Below, one piece after another: positions 22,507-31,934 of a stretch of DNA of 64,000 bases. The position numbers and the translations under genes are program-made. Every line of letters starts with the position of its first letter. Position 1 is the stretch's first letter. The notes beneath the pieces were generated by a model. The model was given only the letters and a program-made list of their open reading frames with translations, was not told the origin of the DNA and did no database searches. Source of the stretch: Escherichia phage RB14; sequence record NC_012638.1; one strand, 5' to 3'.

Positions 22507-24563
22507 TACATTTTGAACTTTTTAGACATTCCGTTGATGTTAACCAAAGAAGCTAAGATTTGAGAAACTTCGTTTTCCTCTTCTTTTGATTCTTCTACAA
22601 GGAATTGATTAAATCCAGCCATTGGACGAACTTCACCAGTTTCCATTAGATGGTCGCCATCATATACTGATTCTTCTAATTGTTCAGAAGGAGGAACGAT
22701 TGTACCTTCGATTAGATACTTGTTATAAGCAGTTTCTTTCATAAAGTAAGTACTTACTTTATTAATCTTCAGTAAAATTCCACGTGGTAGAATAACTTCA
22801 GCTTCTGATGGAAATCCTGATAAATGACCCGGAACGATAACTTTAACTCGTTCAGCTCCTTTAATTACCATACCCACGCTAGTTTCAGCATCTTCATTAG
22901 CATATGTAGAATGACTACCCATATGCATCAAATCTTCTGCATCAACAGAACCTTCTCCTTCGCCAGAAAATACTGCACCGGAATCATCTAGAGCCATATA
23001 GTTTTTACCATGCTCACCGAAGATATTTGGTTTAAGTGATGTCGATACGAAGTTCTTGAAATAGAACATTTTATTTTCAATGTTATGACGCAAAGTTTTA
23101 AAAGTAACTTCTTGTCCACGGTAAAGTGTAGTTCCTGGAGGAAGAACTGAACCTTTAGCAAACGCAGAATCCATAGTCTCGATGTGCTTAATAGCGCGCT
23201 CCATGTATTCTTCACGTGTAGAATCAGGTTTACCTAAAAGGAATGAGTTCATTTCAACATACGAATCTGCGCAATAATCTTCAATTACATCAGACTCAGC
23301 CTGAGTCAATCCTTTTGGAGTTACTTCAGTGCTTGCATATTCATACGCCTGAGCAGCGGATTCATCAATTAATTTATAAATTCCATTCATTACAAATTGA
23401 ATAATAGCTGTCTTTTCATCTGGTGTAGCTTTAGAACCTTTAACTAAATCATTGATAATTTTCTTAATAACATCAAAACTATTAGAAATATTAATATCAG
23501 CAAGATCGCTTAAAATTTTATCAGTTTTGTAATTAAAGAAGTCTTTATTCTTTAAATATTCCTGGGAACCTTGATATGATGTATCGCTCTGCAACTTGAT
23601 AGATGGATCGCGTAAACGTGCATGGGCTAATGCAATATGATTTCGGAAACTTTCTAGTTCATAATCGTTAGATTTAAAACGAGAAGCACTTCTCATACCG
23701 CCGATAGCTCCTTTGCCGAAGTTTGAACCAATCTGAATAACGCCAGAGTTCATTGGTCCTTCTGCTTTATATACCGGAACTTTAGATTCAAACTCTTGAT
23801 ATTTCTTAGCAGCGAAGCTATCACCCTGAAGTGAAGCATCAACAGTAGAATATTGAGCTTGTGCTGCTAATCGACGACTAATTTTAGTTTTCTGAATAAC
23901 AGCTTGATCCGTACGCTTATCATTTTCTAAAGCAATAGAAGCAGCAACTGCGACAGCTTTAGGAACAGCATTACCTGTTTTAACGTCTACATAAACATCA
24001 CCAACCTTTGATTCAACTTTTGTGAATAACTCAGTTGAAATAGGAGGTACACCTGGAATGTCTTCTAAATTGGCATTTTTACGGTAAACCATAATATATG
24101 CATATTTCTTATCATAGTCCCAGATTTCCTTTAAAAGAACATATCGACCTGCTCCTTTAGTACGTACTAAACGGTCAGCAATAACTTGCATTTGACGAGC
24201 AGCGCCATTTGTTTTACTTTTTAGTACGCGGAATAGGCATGCATCAATTTTATACTGTTTCATTGTTTGAAGAGCAGTATCAAAAACCGCATTAATGACA
24301 CCAATTGGATTTCCACCCAAGTTTTTAAGCTTAACTAACGATAATTTCTCATTAACACCTATCATTACGATATGCATCATTTTGTCGCCTGGCTTAACGT
24401 TTTTATTCGTATCACCGCCAGAGGTGTATGTACAAAATCGAAATCCAGGAAGAACGCTTTCTTCACCGGCTTGAATAGCAAAAATTTGAGGTATTTTATG
24501 CTTAGGATTTAAGTTAACAACCGGCGCCGAAGCGCCGTCAAATAATTCTGTAATAAGTTCCAT
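22506..24563 (-). CDS. Alt-like ADP-ribosyltransferase paralog (685 aa)
   Basis: N-terminus MELITELFD and about 230 aa closely parallel to alt; C-terminal region has FVSTSL and SEAEVILPRG motifs. Confidence 0.85.
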   Translation of the reverse strand: MELITELFDGASAPVVNLNPKHKIPQIFAIQAGEESVLPGFRFCTYTSGGDTNKNVKPGDKMMHIVMIGVNEKLSLVKLKNLGGNPIGVINAVFDTALQTMKQYKIDACLFRVLKSKTNGAARQMQVIADRLVRTKGAGRYVLLKEIWDYDKKYAYIMVYRKNANLEDIPGVPPISTELFTKVESKVGDVYVDVKTGNAVPKAVAVAASIALENDKRTDQAVIQKTKISRRLAAQAQYSTVDASLQGDSFAAKKYQEFESKVPVYKAEGPMNSGVIQIGSNFGKGAIGGMRSASRFKSNDYELESFRNHIALAHARLRDPSIKLQSDTSYQGSQEYLKNKDFFNYKTDKILSDLADINISNSFDVIKKIINDLVKGSKATPDEKTAIIQFVMNGIYKLIDESAAQAYEYASTEVTPKGLTQAESDVIEDYCADSYVEMNSFLLGKPDSTREEYMERAIKHIETMDSAFAKGSVLPPGTTLYRGQEVTFKTLRHNIENKMFYFKNFVSTSLKPNIFGEHGKNYMALDDSGAVFSGEGEGSVDAEDLMHMGSHSTYANEDAETSVGMVIKGAERVKVIVPGHLSGFPSEAEVILPRGILLKINKVSTYFMKETAYNKYLIEGTIVPPSEQLEESVYDGDHLMETGEVRPMAGFNQFLVEESKEEENEVSQILASLVNINGMSKKFKM

Positions 24564-24566
24564 GAT

Positions 24567-26663
24567 TTATCCTTGAACGAACTTGTAAGGCATGTTTGTA
24601 ATATCTATGCAAGACGCAATAATTCCAAGAGATGATTCTACTTTCTGTTTAACGTTTGATGAAACAAATGATGCAAAGTCAACTCTGTCTTCTATTTCAG
24701 TATCACCTGTCATTGCAACTACTTCACCGGTTTCCATTAAATGGTCTCCGTCATAGATTACCGATTCGGTGAGCTCTTCCGTGGTCATAACTTCAGCTTG
24801 AATGAGTTTTGTATTATTAGATGTTGTTCCGTCATTATTAGAAGCATCAGTTATTTTATTAACTTTGACCATCAATCCACGCGGTAGAATAACTTCAGCT
24901 TCTGTTGCTATTCCGAGACTTCCTGGATATACAACATTAACTTTATGAGCTCCATCAATTGCCCATCCTATTTGAACTTTAACGTATTCAGGATTTTCTT
25001 TATACGCTCTTATTTCGTTTGGATTAATAGTTATTCCTTCTTCATTTTTATCAACTGTTAATTCATTGCGAGCTTCTGGTTCTAAAAGACCAATACCAGC
25101 ATGTGTGATTCCAAAACGTCCAAAAATGATAGGAGTTAAAGAAGTAGATACAAAATTTCTGAAGTAGAACACTTTATTTTTAACTAACGCTTCATATATA
25201 GGAGCAGTCATACTTTGAGCACGATAAACTGTAATGCCTTCTGGTATACGGTCACCATTTTCAAAAGCTGAATCTAAGTTATTTATAGCAGATTCAATTT
25301 CTTTTTCACTCATTACATCATATCGTTCTGGATTGTAACGACCTAAAAGAAGATTATTGATGTCAGTATATCCTGAACCGCAATATTCTCTAATGCCACG
25401 CTTTTGTGATGGAGTATATTTAGAACCATCGCGGGCAATAGTAATATCAATCATTGGACCAGCACCAATTCCAGAAAAACTGTAAATCATTCGTTTGAGG
25501 AATTTAGTTTTTGCTGCGTTCCAGGAATTTTTAGTTATTTCTTCCCAGACTTCATCTGGTTGTCCTTTACGATTTTTATTATGATTAGCAAGCCATTTAT
25601 CTTTATAATCTTCAAAGAATTGATTTACAGCTGCTGCGTATTTCTCTAAACATTTTATTGAAGTAGTTGGTTCATTTTTAATTGCATTAAAAATTACTTC
25701 TTTAATTTTTTCTGAAACTTCACCGACTTGACTCATTGGAAAGAATTTATAATCATAGTGAAGTTCATCTGCCGTTCCTTCAGCAATAATTTTTGCTGCC
25801 TTTGTTTTAGAAGCTAATGAATTAATTCCAATTTTCATTTCTTCTGCTTCGGGAATTAAAGGTGCAGTAGCTGGTTTATTAAAATTAGCTGCTGTAGATT
25901 CATACTTCTGGAATAATTCACTTTCAAATCTAGAAGATTCCAATGACTGACTTTGTGCAATTGCTCTACGGGAAATTTTAACTTTAACGATTACGGCTTG
26001 GTCAGAACGTTTATCATTTTCTTGTGCAATAGATGCAGCAATTGCCTCATTTTTGGTTACTTGAGCTCCAGTATCTTTATTGATATAAACATCACCGACC
26101 TTCGATTCAACTTTAGTAAAGAGCTCGGTGCTAATTTCTGGAACTCCTGGAATGTCTTCTAGTGATACATTTTTACGATGTATAAGAATATATGCATACT
26201 TTTTATCGTAATCCCAGAGTTCCTTAAGAAGGACGTATCTGCCACCTGAACGACTGCGGATGAGTCTATCAGCAATAAGTTGAATTTGTCGAGCTTGACC
26301 GGCGGTTTTAGACTTAAGAATACGAAGCATGCAGGCATCAATTTTATATTGACGCATTGTTTGCATTGCAACAGTAAAAACTGAATTGATATAATTAATC
26401 GGGCTTGGACCAAGACCTTTTAATTTAGCAATTGAACCTTTAGCAGTTAATGTAAAAGGAACAATATGCATCATTTTATCGCCCATCTTTAAATCACGAT
26501 TAGTATCACCTCCAGATGTATAGGTACATAAACGAAAGCCTGGTTGTTCAATTGCATCATCAACATGAACTGAAAAAATTTGTGGTATTTTCTTCTTTGG
26601 ATTTAAGTTTGTAATCGGAAGAGTAGTATCTTCGTCAAATAATTCTGTAATGAGTTCCATCAT
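24567..26663 (-). CDS. alt: Alt ADP-ribosyltransferase, packaged in the head (698 aa from first ATG)
   Basis: N-terminus MMELITELFDEDTTLPITNL matches recalled T4 Alt; STS and EAE motifs; reverse TATAAATA upstream. Confidence 0.9.
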   Translation of the reverse strand: MMELITELFDEDTTLPITNLNPKKKIPQIFSVHVDDAIEQPGFRLCTYTSGGDTNRDLKMGDKMMHIVPFTLTAKGSIAKLKGLGPSPINYINSVFTVAMQTMRQYKIDACMLRILKSKTAGQARQIQLIADRLIRSRSGGRYVLLKELWDYDKKYAYILIHRKNVSLEDIPGVPEISTELFTKVESKVGDVYINKDTGAQVTKNEAIAASIAQENDKRSDQAVIVKVKISRRAIAQSQSLESSRFESELFQKYESTAANFNKPATAPLIPEAEEMKIGINSLASKTKAAKIIAEGTADELHYDYKFFPMSQVGEVSEKIKEVIFNAIKNEPTTSIKCLEKYAAAVNQFFEDYKDKWLANHNKNRKGQPDEVWEEITKNSWNAAKTKFLKRMIYSFSGIGAGPMIDITIARDGSKYTPSQKRGIREYCGSGYTDINNLLLGRYNPERYDVMSEKEIESAINNLDSAFENGDRIPEGITVYRAQSMTAPIYEALVKNKVFYFRNFVSTSLTPIIFGRFGITHAGIGLLEPEARNELTVDKNEEGITINPNEIRAYKENPEYVKVQIGWAIDGAHKVNVVYPGSLGIATEAEVILPRGLMVKVNKITDASNNDGTTSNNTKLIQAEVMTTEELTESVIYDGDHLMETGEVVAMTGDTEIEDRVDFASFVSSNVKQKVESSLGIIASCIDITNMPYKFVQG

Positions 26664-26683
26664 ATCCTCTCTAGTGTTTATTC

Positions 26684-26691
26684 TATTTATA
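26684..26691 (-). promoter_or_regulatory. Late promoter (reverse TATAAATA) upstream of alt
   Basis: Exact match. Confidence 0.65.
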
Positions 26692-26712
26692 AAATTAAAG
26701 GCCCGAAGGCCT

Positions 26713-26901
26713 TTAATAATCTATTGGTAATAGAGTACGATATATTTCAAACTTTGGACCTTTTTCATAAGCATCAAAAGTTTCTGTGAATTTATTATAA
26801 GCATATGCATCTATAAATTCAATCATGATTTGCGATACAGAAGTAGAAACATCTCCACCTTCTTTTTGAGCCACGACAATTGTTTCTAAGTAAGCTTTCA
26901 T
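26713..26901 (-). CDS. Hypothetical small protein (62 aa)
   Basis: ATG overlapping the gene 30 stop (ATGA), suggesting translational coupling. Confidence 0.6.
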   Translation of the reverse strand: MKAYLETIVVAQKEGGDVSTSVSQIMIEFIDAYAYNKFTETFDAYEKGPKFEIYRTLLPIDY

Positions 26902-28361
26902 AAACCAGTTACCTCATGAAAATCGCCAAATACATCTTCGAACGTATTAGCTTTAGTTTTATCTTCACGTAAACGAATCGCAATTGGAAGAAATAATTTA
27001 ACGTAATCGGTGCGGCCATCAGATTTTAACCAACCGTTGCATTCGCACTCTAGAATTTTTCCAATATAATAATTTTGGTTTTCCATAATGCGAGTACGGT
27101 CAAGTTCATGCGATTTTATACCAGCTTTATCTTTTAAGCCTGAACCAGCATTTACTTTAATTTTTCCACACTCTGACTCAAGAATAAATCCACCCGCTTT
27201 AGTAGGGTCTTTACGGTGAGGATAAATTCCTACAATTTTTAAATCAACATCAATTACTTCTTTAAATTTATAAAGATTTTTTGAACGAGCATTTTCCCAT
27301 AATCCATCGATATTTTTGAGAATAATACCTTCAAGACCTTGGTCAATATACTTTTTGTAAATTACCTTAGCTTCATCTAGGTTATTTACTACTTGGTTTT
27401 CAATTAAAATTACTTTATCATAGCCTGATGTCATTTGTTCTAGTTTAGAAAAACGTACATCATATTTTAAACGAAACGCTGGAAGACCATATATTTCTAC
27501 TAATGGAACATAGTCCCAGACCTGAAACTTCATGCATTGTGCTTCTTTTTCAGAAATGGTTCCCTTTAAAGATTTATTAGCGATTCCATTAGAAGTAGTA
27601 CGTGATTCAGCTACTTCGGCGAATTCTTTAGCTTTACTAATTTCAGGATAAGCATCAAAAAGAAAATCTAGGCCTTCTGGTTCCTTTTCAACTTGCTCAT
27701 GGTATACCAATTCGCCATCAATTAACACACCTTCTGGATGAATCTGGCGAGCTTCTGCAGTCATTTTGATTAACTCTTCCTTGAGAAGATCTAATCCTAG
27801 ATATTCATTACCAGCTCGTGATAAAAGACGAACATCATCTAATTCATCACCTCTGACTTCAGCAAAGCACCGAGCTCCATCAGCTTTTAACTGCGCAAAA
27901 GCTGGAAACTTAATATTCTTACTAATGCCTTTTTCATCATAAGAACTTGCCAGCATTTGAGGTTGTTCAGGAATTAAACCTGGCCAAACTTTATTTGCAA
28001 TAGATACTGAAGCACCGCATTCAAGGTCTCGCATCATCACCCGACGCAAAACTTCAACATCATCTTTTTTACCGTCAGCAATATATCCAGTTAATTCCTC
28101 AATTGCCGCATTTCCGGTCAATTTCCGAGTAGCTAACGTGAATTCAATGAAGTCAAGCATATCGGTAAGAGTCAACATTCCAAAACTCTGGGTAGCAATA
28201 CCAGGTTTAGGCCATTTCTTGATATAATACTGTAACCCACGAGAATAAGTCAGACGATATACTCGTTTAAGCAATTCATTATCTTTATTCTTTTCAAGAA
28301 TTGCTTGCTTCTGCTTAGTTGAACCAATAGATGCTATTTCGTTCAGAATTTTAAGAATCAT
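26898..28361 (-). CDS. 30: ATP-dependent DNA ligase gp30 (487 aa)
   Basis: 487 aa; adenylation motif KADGAR; matches recalled T4 DNA ligase. Confidence 0.95.
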   Translation of the reverse strand: MILKILNEIASIGSTKQKQAILEKNKDNELLKRVYRLTYSRGLQYYIKKWPKPGIATQSFGMLTLTDMLDFIEFTLATRKLTGNAAIEELTGYIADGKKDDVEVLRRVMMRDLECGASVSIANKVWPGLIPEQPQMLASSYDEKGISKNIKFPAFAQLKADGARCFAEVRGDELDDVRLLSRAGNEYLGLDLLKEELIKMTAEARQIHPEGVLIDGELVYHEQVEKEPEGLDFLFDAYPEISKAKEFAEVAESRTTSNGIANKSLKGTISEKEAQCMKFQVWDYVPLVEIYGLPAFRLKYDVRFSKLEQMTSGYDKVILIENQVVNNLDEAKVIYKKYIDQGLEGIILKNIDGLWENARSKNLYKFKEVIDVDLKIVGIYPHRKDPTKAGGFILESECGKIKVNAGSGLKDKAGIKSHELDRTRIMENQNYYIGKILECECNGWLKSDGRTDYVKLFLPIAIRLREDKTKANTFEDVFGDFHEVTGL

Positions 28362-28627
28362 TGTTCATCCTTTAGAGTTTGGTTTACAGCTCTATTATAA
28401 ATCAATTCATCATTAAGCTCAGTCAAAGACCTGTGGTACGTGGTTCTAACTTTATTTCCTTGCATCCAGTGCTTGACGTAAATGAAACCTTGCTCTACGC
28501 ATTTTTTAAAAATTCGTTCGTCTTTTTGAGCTCGGAACTCTGGATTGCATCTAAAAAATTGATTTACGTGACCGTAATCACGTGTAGTATTACCTTCATT
28601 TTCATAAATAGTGTGAACGACAAACAT
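28358..28627 (-). CDS. Hypothetical protein (30.1 position, 89 aa)
   Basis: ATG start, overlaps gene 30 start codon region. Confidence 0.65.
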   Translation of the reverse strand: MFVVHTIYENEGNTTRDYGHVNQFFRCNPEFRAQKDERIFKKCVEQGFIYVKHWMQGNKVRTTYHRSLTELNDELIYNRAVNQTLKDEQ

Positions 28628-29463
28628 TAGAATGCTCCTTGGAAAATATTATCACCACCAGTAGGTCTATTATACAAATACTCTATGCCACCAGGTTTAA
28701 TATAGTTCCATGTCTGAAACGGATGTGTCTGATATGGATGATATAGATTATAAGGATTAAATCCAGGAGTTCTCCAGGTAGTGTTCCAAGGAAAAGAATC
28801 ATTTTTAATCATCTTTTCAATTACATCTTTTATAGCTTTTTCACTATCAAAACTTTCTTTATTTTCCTTCGATGGAAAAAGCTTATTCTCTACATCATTC
28901 CATGTATAAACTCGCTGCGCAGTTTTTGGAATACTGTCACGCTCCCCTCGAGCCATCCAATAAACAGGAACATTTAATATTTCACTCGCGTGATCGCAGT
29001 GGTGAGCGAGATCGTCAATATAACAAATTACGTTATATTTCTCTTTTGCCTTTTTGAACAACTCTTCTTTTGAAGAATCATGACCACACATCAATACTTC
29101 TGAGAAGGCACCAGGAAAAAGAGCATTCAAATTAAATTGACGATTTAGCAGAGCGTCAATAGAATCACCCAATGCTGTAACAGCTACAAAATTATAATCT
29201 TCTTTTAATTTGTTAATTACACACAGGGCATCTTTATACGGAGACAAGTAACGAATAAAATCTGAACGATTGTATTTTTCAATTAACTTGACACCAAGTT
29301 CTTCATCGCAATTAAAGAGCTTACCAGGAGAAATAAATTTTTCGTCCTGAATCATTTTTAAAATATGTTCCAACGGAAGATTATATTTTTGGGCAAAATA
29401 AGGAAGACCTGATTGCCAGCTTAAACATACACCATCAATATCAGTCAAAATAGTAGGCTTCAT
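28627..29463 (-). CDS. HAD-superfamily-like hydrolase (30.2 position, 278 aa)
   Basis: N-terminal DIDGV (DxDx[T/V]) motif typical of HAD phosphatases/nucleotidases. Confidence 0.7.
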   Translation of the reverse strand: MKPTILTDIDGVCLSWQSGLPYFAQKYNLPLEHILKMIQDEKFISPGKLFNCDEELGVKLIEKYNRSDFIRYLSPYKDALCVINKLKEDYNFVAVTALGDSIDALLNRQFNLNALFPGAFSEVLMCGHDSSKEELFKKAKEKYNVICYIDDLAHHCDHASEILNVPVYWMARGERDSIPKTAQRVYTWNDVENKLFPSKENKESFDSEKAIKDVIEKMIKNDSFPWNTTWRTPGFNPYNLYHPYQTHPFQTWNYIKPGGIEYLYNRPTGGDNIFQGAF

Positions 29464-29918
29464 AGAGAGTCTCTTAATAGGTTTAACACATCAATAAATT
29501 CAGCTTCGGTTAATATTGTATCATCTTTTGTTAGACTACTAGCCATGCTGTGCTTCAAAACTTTTCCTTTCGAGGCTTGTAATGCATCACGAAAGCCCTT
29601 GTTTTGAATCGCTGCCTCAAAATACGCATTTGTGTATAATTCTTTCCACGCTGGAGAGTATCTTGAAAACGGAACTCCGAGCCAGAAGAGGGTCCCACGG
29701 TCCTGAGCTCTAGCATAAGACCTTCCAGCTTGTTGGGCGGCAAGCCCGGATAACCCAAATACACGACGTTGCTGTTCAACATTTTTCACCTTACATCCTT
29801 GGAGAAATCCTTCAAGACCTCCAAATTGGATACCATCCATAACAAAAGGCCATTGGGCGAAATTACTTAATGCACACGATGGCCATCTAAAATTGCTTCT
29901 AATCTCTAACTCAGACAT
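29460..29918 (-). CDS. NADAR (YbiA/DUF1768)-like protein (30.3 position, 152 aa)
   Basis: Track start is TTG; first ATG at 29918; segment LSNFAQWPF resembles the conserved region of YbiA/NADAR proteins as I recall it. Confidence 0.65.
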   Translation of the reverse strand: MSELEIRSNFRWPSCALSNFAQWPFVMDGIQFGGLEGFLQGCKVKNVEQQRRVFGLSGLAAQQAGRSYARAQDRGTLFWLGVPFSRYSPAWKELYTNAYFEAAIQNKGFRDALQASKGKVLKHSMASSLTKDDTILTEAEFIDVLNLLRDSL

Positions 29919-30117
29919 TTTCAATACTTATAATTTCAACATCAGCCCAATGACCATAGCAAGGAAGACGAAATTCAACTGGCCAGTTAGGGTCCTTTTC
30001 TAATATAATAGACTTAACTTGTGGTTCTTCATGTTCATCAGTATATGGATTTTTATCTGTTACTTTATATGTGACCTTAATGTACTGAATTCCAAAAATC
30101 TTATAAATTATATTCAT
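29911..30117 (-). CDS. Hypothetical small protein (68 aa)
   Basis: ATG start; tight packing in the 30.x early block. Confidence 0.55.
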   Translation of the reverse strand: MNIIYKIFGIQYIKVTYKVTDKNPYTDEHEEPQVKSIILEKDPNWPVEFRLPCYGHWADVEIISIENV

Positions 30118-30311
30118 ACTAATTCCTTTAATCCGTAAATAGGAGATAATTCATCACCCATACGAAGGTCTTCATTTCCATCTACCCAGGAAACAATATA
30201 AGCCTCTTTTATTTGAACACCACTCCATTTAAATGGAGGTAGAACCTTAGAAATTAATCCAGGTATACCAACTCCCTTTAATTCAACAGTTTGACCTAAA
30301 AAGAATTTCAT
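30114..30311 (-). CDS. Hypothetical small protein (65 aa)
   Basis: ATG start; overlaps neighbours by 4 nt. Confidence 0.55.
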   Translation of the reverse strand: MKFFLGQTVELKGVGIPGLISKVLPPFKWSGVQIKEAYIVSWVDGNEDLRMGDELSPIYGLKELV

Positions 30312-30598
30312 CAGAACCTCATCTGAAAGCCGTGTGATTTAACATTACCGCCGCCAATATCAGAAATATTAATTTCACGCGCAATTGAAGGGTCAATGTC
30401 AATTTCACGATTAAGTTTAGCGATAGCTAAAGTATCACGCCCATTTACTGTACGGAATTCTAAAGGACAAACCACATCAACATAATTTTTAATCGATTCA
30501 CTGGTAGGTTGCAAATGAGCAGGAAGGTCTTTAGGCGCCTTAGAGAAAACAACTTCACAGAAATTTTTGCGGGTATCAAAATAAGTAGTCATAAACAT
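30311..30598 (-). CDS. Hypothetical protein (95 aa from first ATG)
   Basis: Track start (30649) is TTG; ATG at 30598 has a GAGGA Shine-Dalgarno; a stem-loop lies in the leader. Confidence 0.55.
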   Translation of the reverse strand: MFMTTYFDTRKNFCEVVFSKAPKDLPAHLQPTSESIKNYVDVVCPLEFRTVNGRDTLAIAKLNREIDIDPSIAREINISDIGGGNVKSHGFQMRF

Positions 30599-30638
30599 AG
30601 TATTTTCCTCAGTAAGGGGCCGAAGCCCCTTTTTTATT

Positions 30639-31004
30639 TTAAATATCAAATTCGTTAAGAACTACATCAAAGATTGCTTCAAGATGCTCAGGTTTAGCTC
30701 TATTACTCAGAATATGACGAATCCAAGTTTTAACCAGAAGCTTACGATTAACGCCATTCCAGCAAGGATGAGTCCCTAAATCACGTTGACGAAAATCATC
30801 ATCTAATGCGATTTTAAAAGAAGAACCTTCTTTCGTGATTGAAACTGTAATACCGTTTTCAAATCGCATATAAACATAGTTAGGAGTCATATACTGTTCA
30901 ATTTCGCATACTGAACCATTTTGATGTTTCCAAAGGCAGATAGTATCAATAGAACCTGCAATACCGTTAGAAACATATTTACGTTCAAAGTTGATGTAGT
31001 TCAT
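30639..31004 (-). CDS. Hypothetical protein (121 aa from first ATG)
   Basis: Track start is TTG; ATG at 31004 preceded by GGAG; early promoter at 31041-31069. Confidence 0.6.
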   Translation of the reverse strand: MNYINFERKYVSNGIAGSIDTICLWKHQNGSVCEIEQYMTPNYVYMRFENGITVSITKEGSSFKIALDDDFRQRDLGTHPCWNGVNRKLLVKTWIRHILSNRAKPEHLEAIFDVVLNEFDI

Positions 31005-31040
31005 TTTATTCTCCAAGATGTTTAATTGCGGTACAGGTAT

Positions 31041-31069
31041 ATAATATCATATCCTGTACCAAAGTAAAC
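31041..31069 (-). promoter_or_regulatory. Early promoter overlapping an 8 bp inverted repeat
   Basis: Minus strand GTTTAC, 17 nt, TATTAT; inverted repeat GGTACAGG...CCTGTACC. Confidence 0.5.
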
Positions 31070-31071
31070 AA

Positions 31072-31404
31072 TTATTTTACTACTTTCCAATGCTTCATAT
31101 CAAGTTTACCAACTTTTTTCATCTTCTCAATTAAGCGTTCGGCACGTTGGCGAGCTGTAACATAATACCATTCACCTAATTCATTTTGTTCAATTTTTCC
31201 AACGATTACTGTATTCAATTCATAAATCCAACCAGTAAAGAAATTATGAACTTGAATTGTAAAGGTGAAATCTGTTCCCATACCTTCTGTTGTTTCTACT
31301 TCAATAATATCACCTTCAACTGCCATTAAGAACCACATAGTTTCATCATATTTACCATTGAAGCATTTAGTTTTAACTGCAGCGTTCAGATTAATCGTTT
31401 TCAT
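31072..31404 (-). CDS. Hypothetical protein (110 aa)
   Basis: ATG start with AAGGAG upstream. Confidence 0.6.
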   Translation of the reverse strand: MKTINLNAAVKTKCFNGKYDETMWFLMAVEGDIIEVETTEGMGTDFTFTIQVHNFFTGWIYELNTVIVGKIEQNELGEWYYVTARQRAERLIEKMKKVGKLDMKHWKVVK

Positions 31405-31491
31405 TTTATTCTCCTTTGTTTGTGTAAGATAATACTATCACAAAGGAACCATACTGTAAACAACTTTGTGCAATCTTTGGAAAATAAAAAA

Positions 31492-31509
31492 GGACTCCCG
31501 AAGGAGTCC
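31492..31509 (-). terminator. Terminator after the small basic gene at 31515-31691
   Basis: GGACUCC-UUCG-GGAGUCC hairpin followed on the minus strand by a U-run. Confidence 0.75.
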
Positions 31510-31514
31510 TCAAC

Positions 31515-31691
31515 TTATGCTTTCTGCTTACCAAAACGAGAAGCATCATCTCGAAGAACCGCACGTGCTCGGCGCATGATCTTCTCAACAGTTTGATTGA
31601 TACGAGAGTTCGACCCACGCTTGTAACCAGCGCGTTTAGAATCACCAACTTTCTTTTCAACTGCTTTCTTTGCTTTAGCTTGTTTTGCCAT
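31515..31691 (-). CDS. Small basic protein (58 aa, Lys/Arg-rich)
   Basis: ATG at 31691 (track start further upstream is not ATG); followed by a rho-independent terminator. Confidence 0.5.
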   Translation of the reverse strand: MAKQAKAKKAVEKKVGDSKRAGYKRGSNSRINQTVEKIMRRARAVLRDDASRFGKQKA

Positions 31692-31934
31692 TATAAATTC
31701 TCTTTTAAATGAAAATGCAGGACTTATTGGCATTGCCTGCGCAAGCCCTCAAGGGGAACATAGGTTTTGAATATTTACCGACAGGATAACCATAAACCCG
31801 TCATCATTCACATTCAAGAGGTACACCATAAAACTGCCGGGGTCTTAAAACTATAATGATTCGCAAATCATTAATCAGACAGTTCGATGGCTCCTCGATT
31901 TTAGCTCACACTAAGGCAGTGAATCTCCAATAAA

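Noticed and set aside
30311-30649. Longest-ORF starts given by the track for several early genes (for example 30311-30649, 30639-31016, 34980-35285, 13613-13855, 38287-39447)
   Set aside because: The first codon in each is TTG or GTG, or lies inside a promoter or hairpin; the first ATG with a Shine-Dalgarno was used instead.
31860-31934. T-loop-like GTTCGAT motif suggesting a tRNA
   Set aside because: The flanking bases do not form T-arm or acceptor stems, so no cloverleaf can be built.
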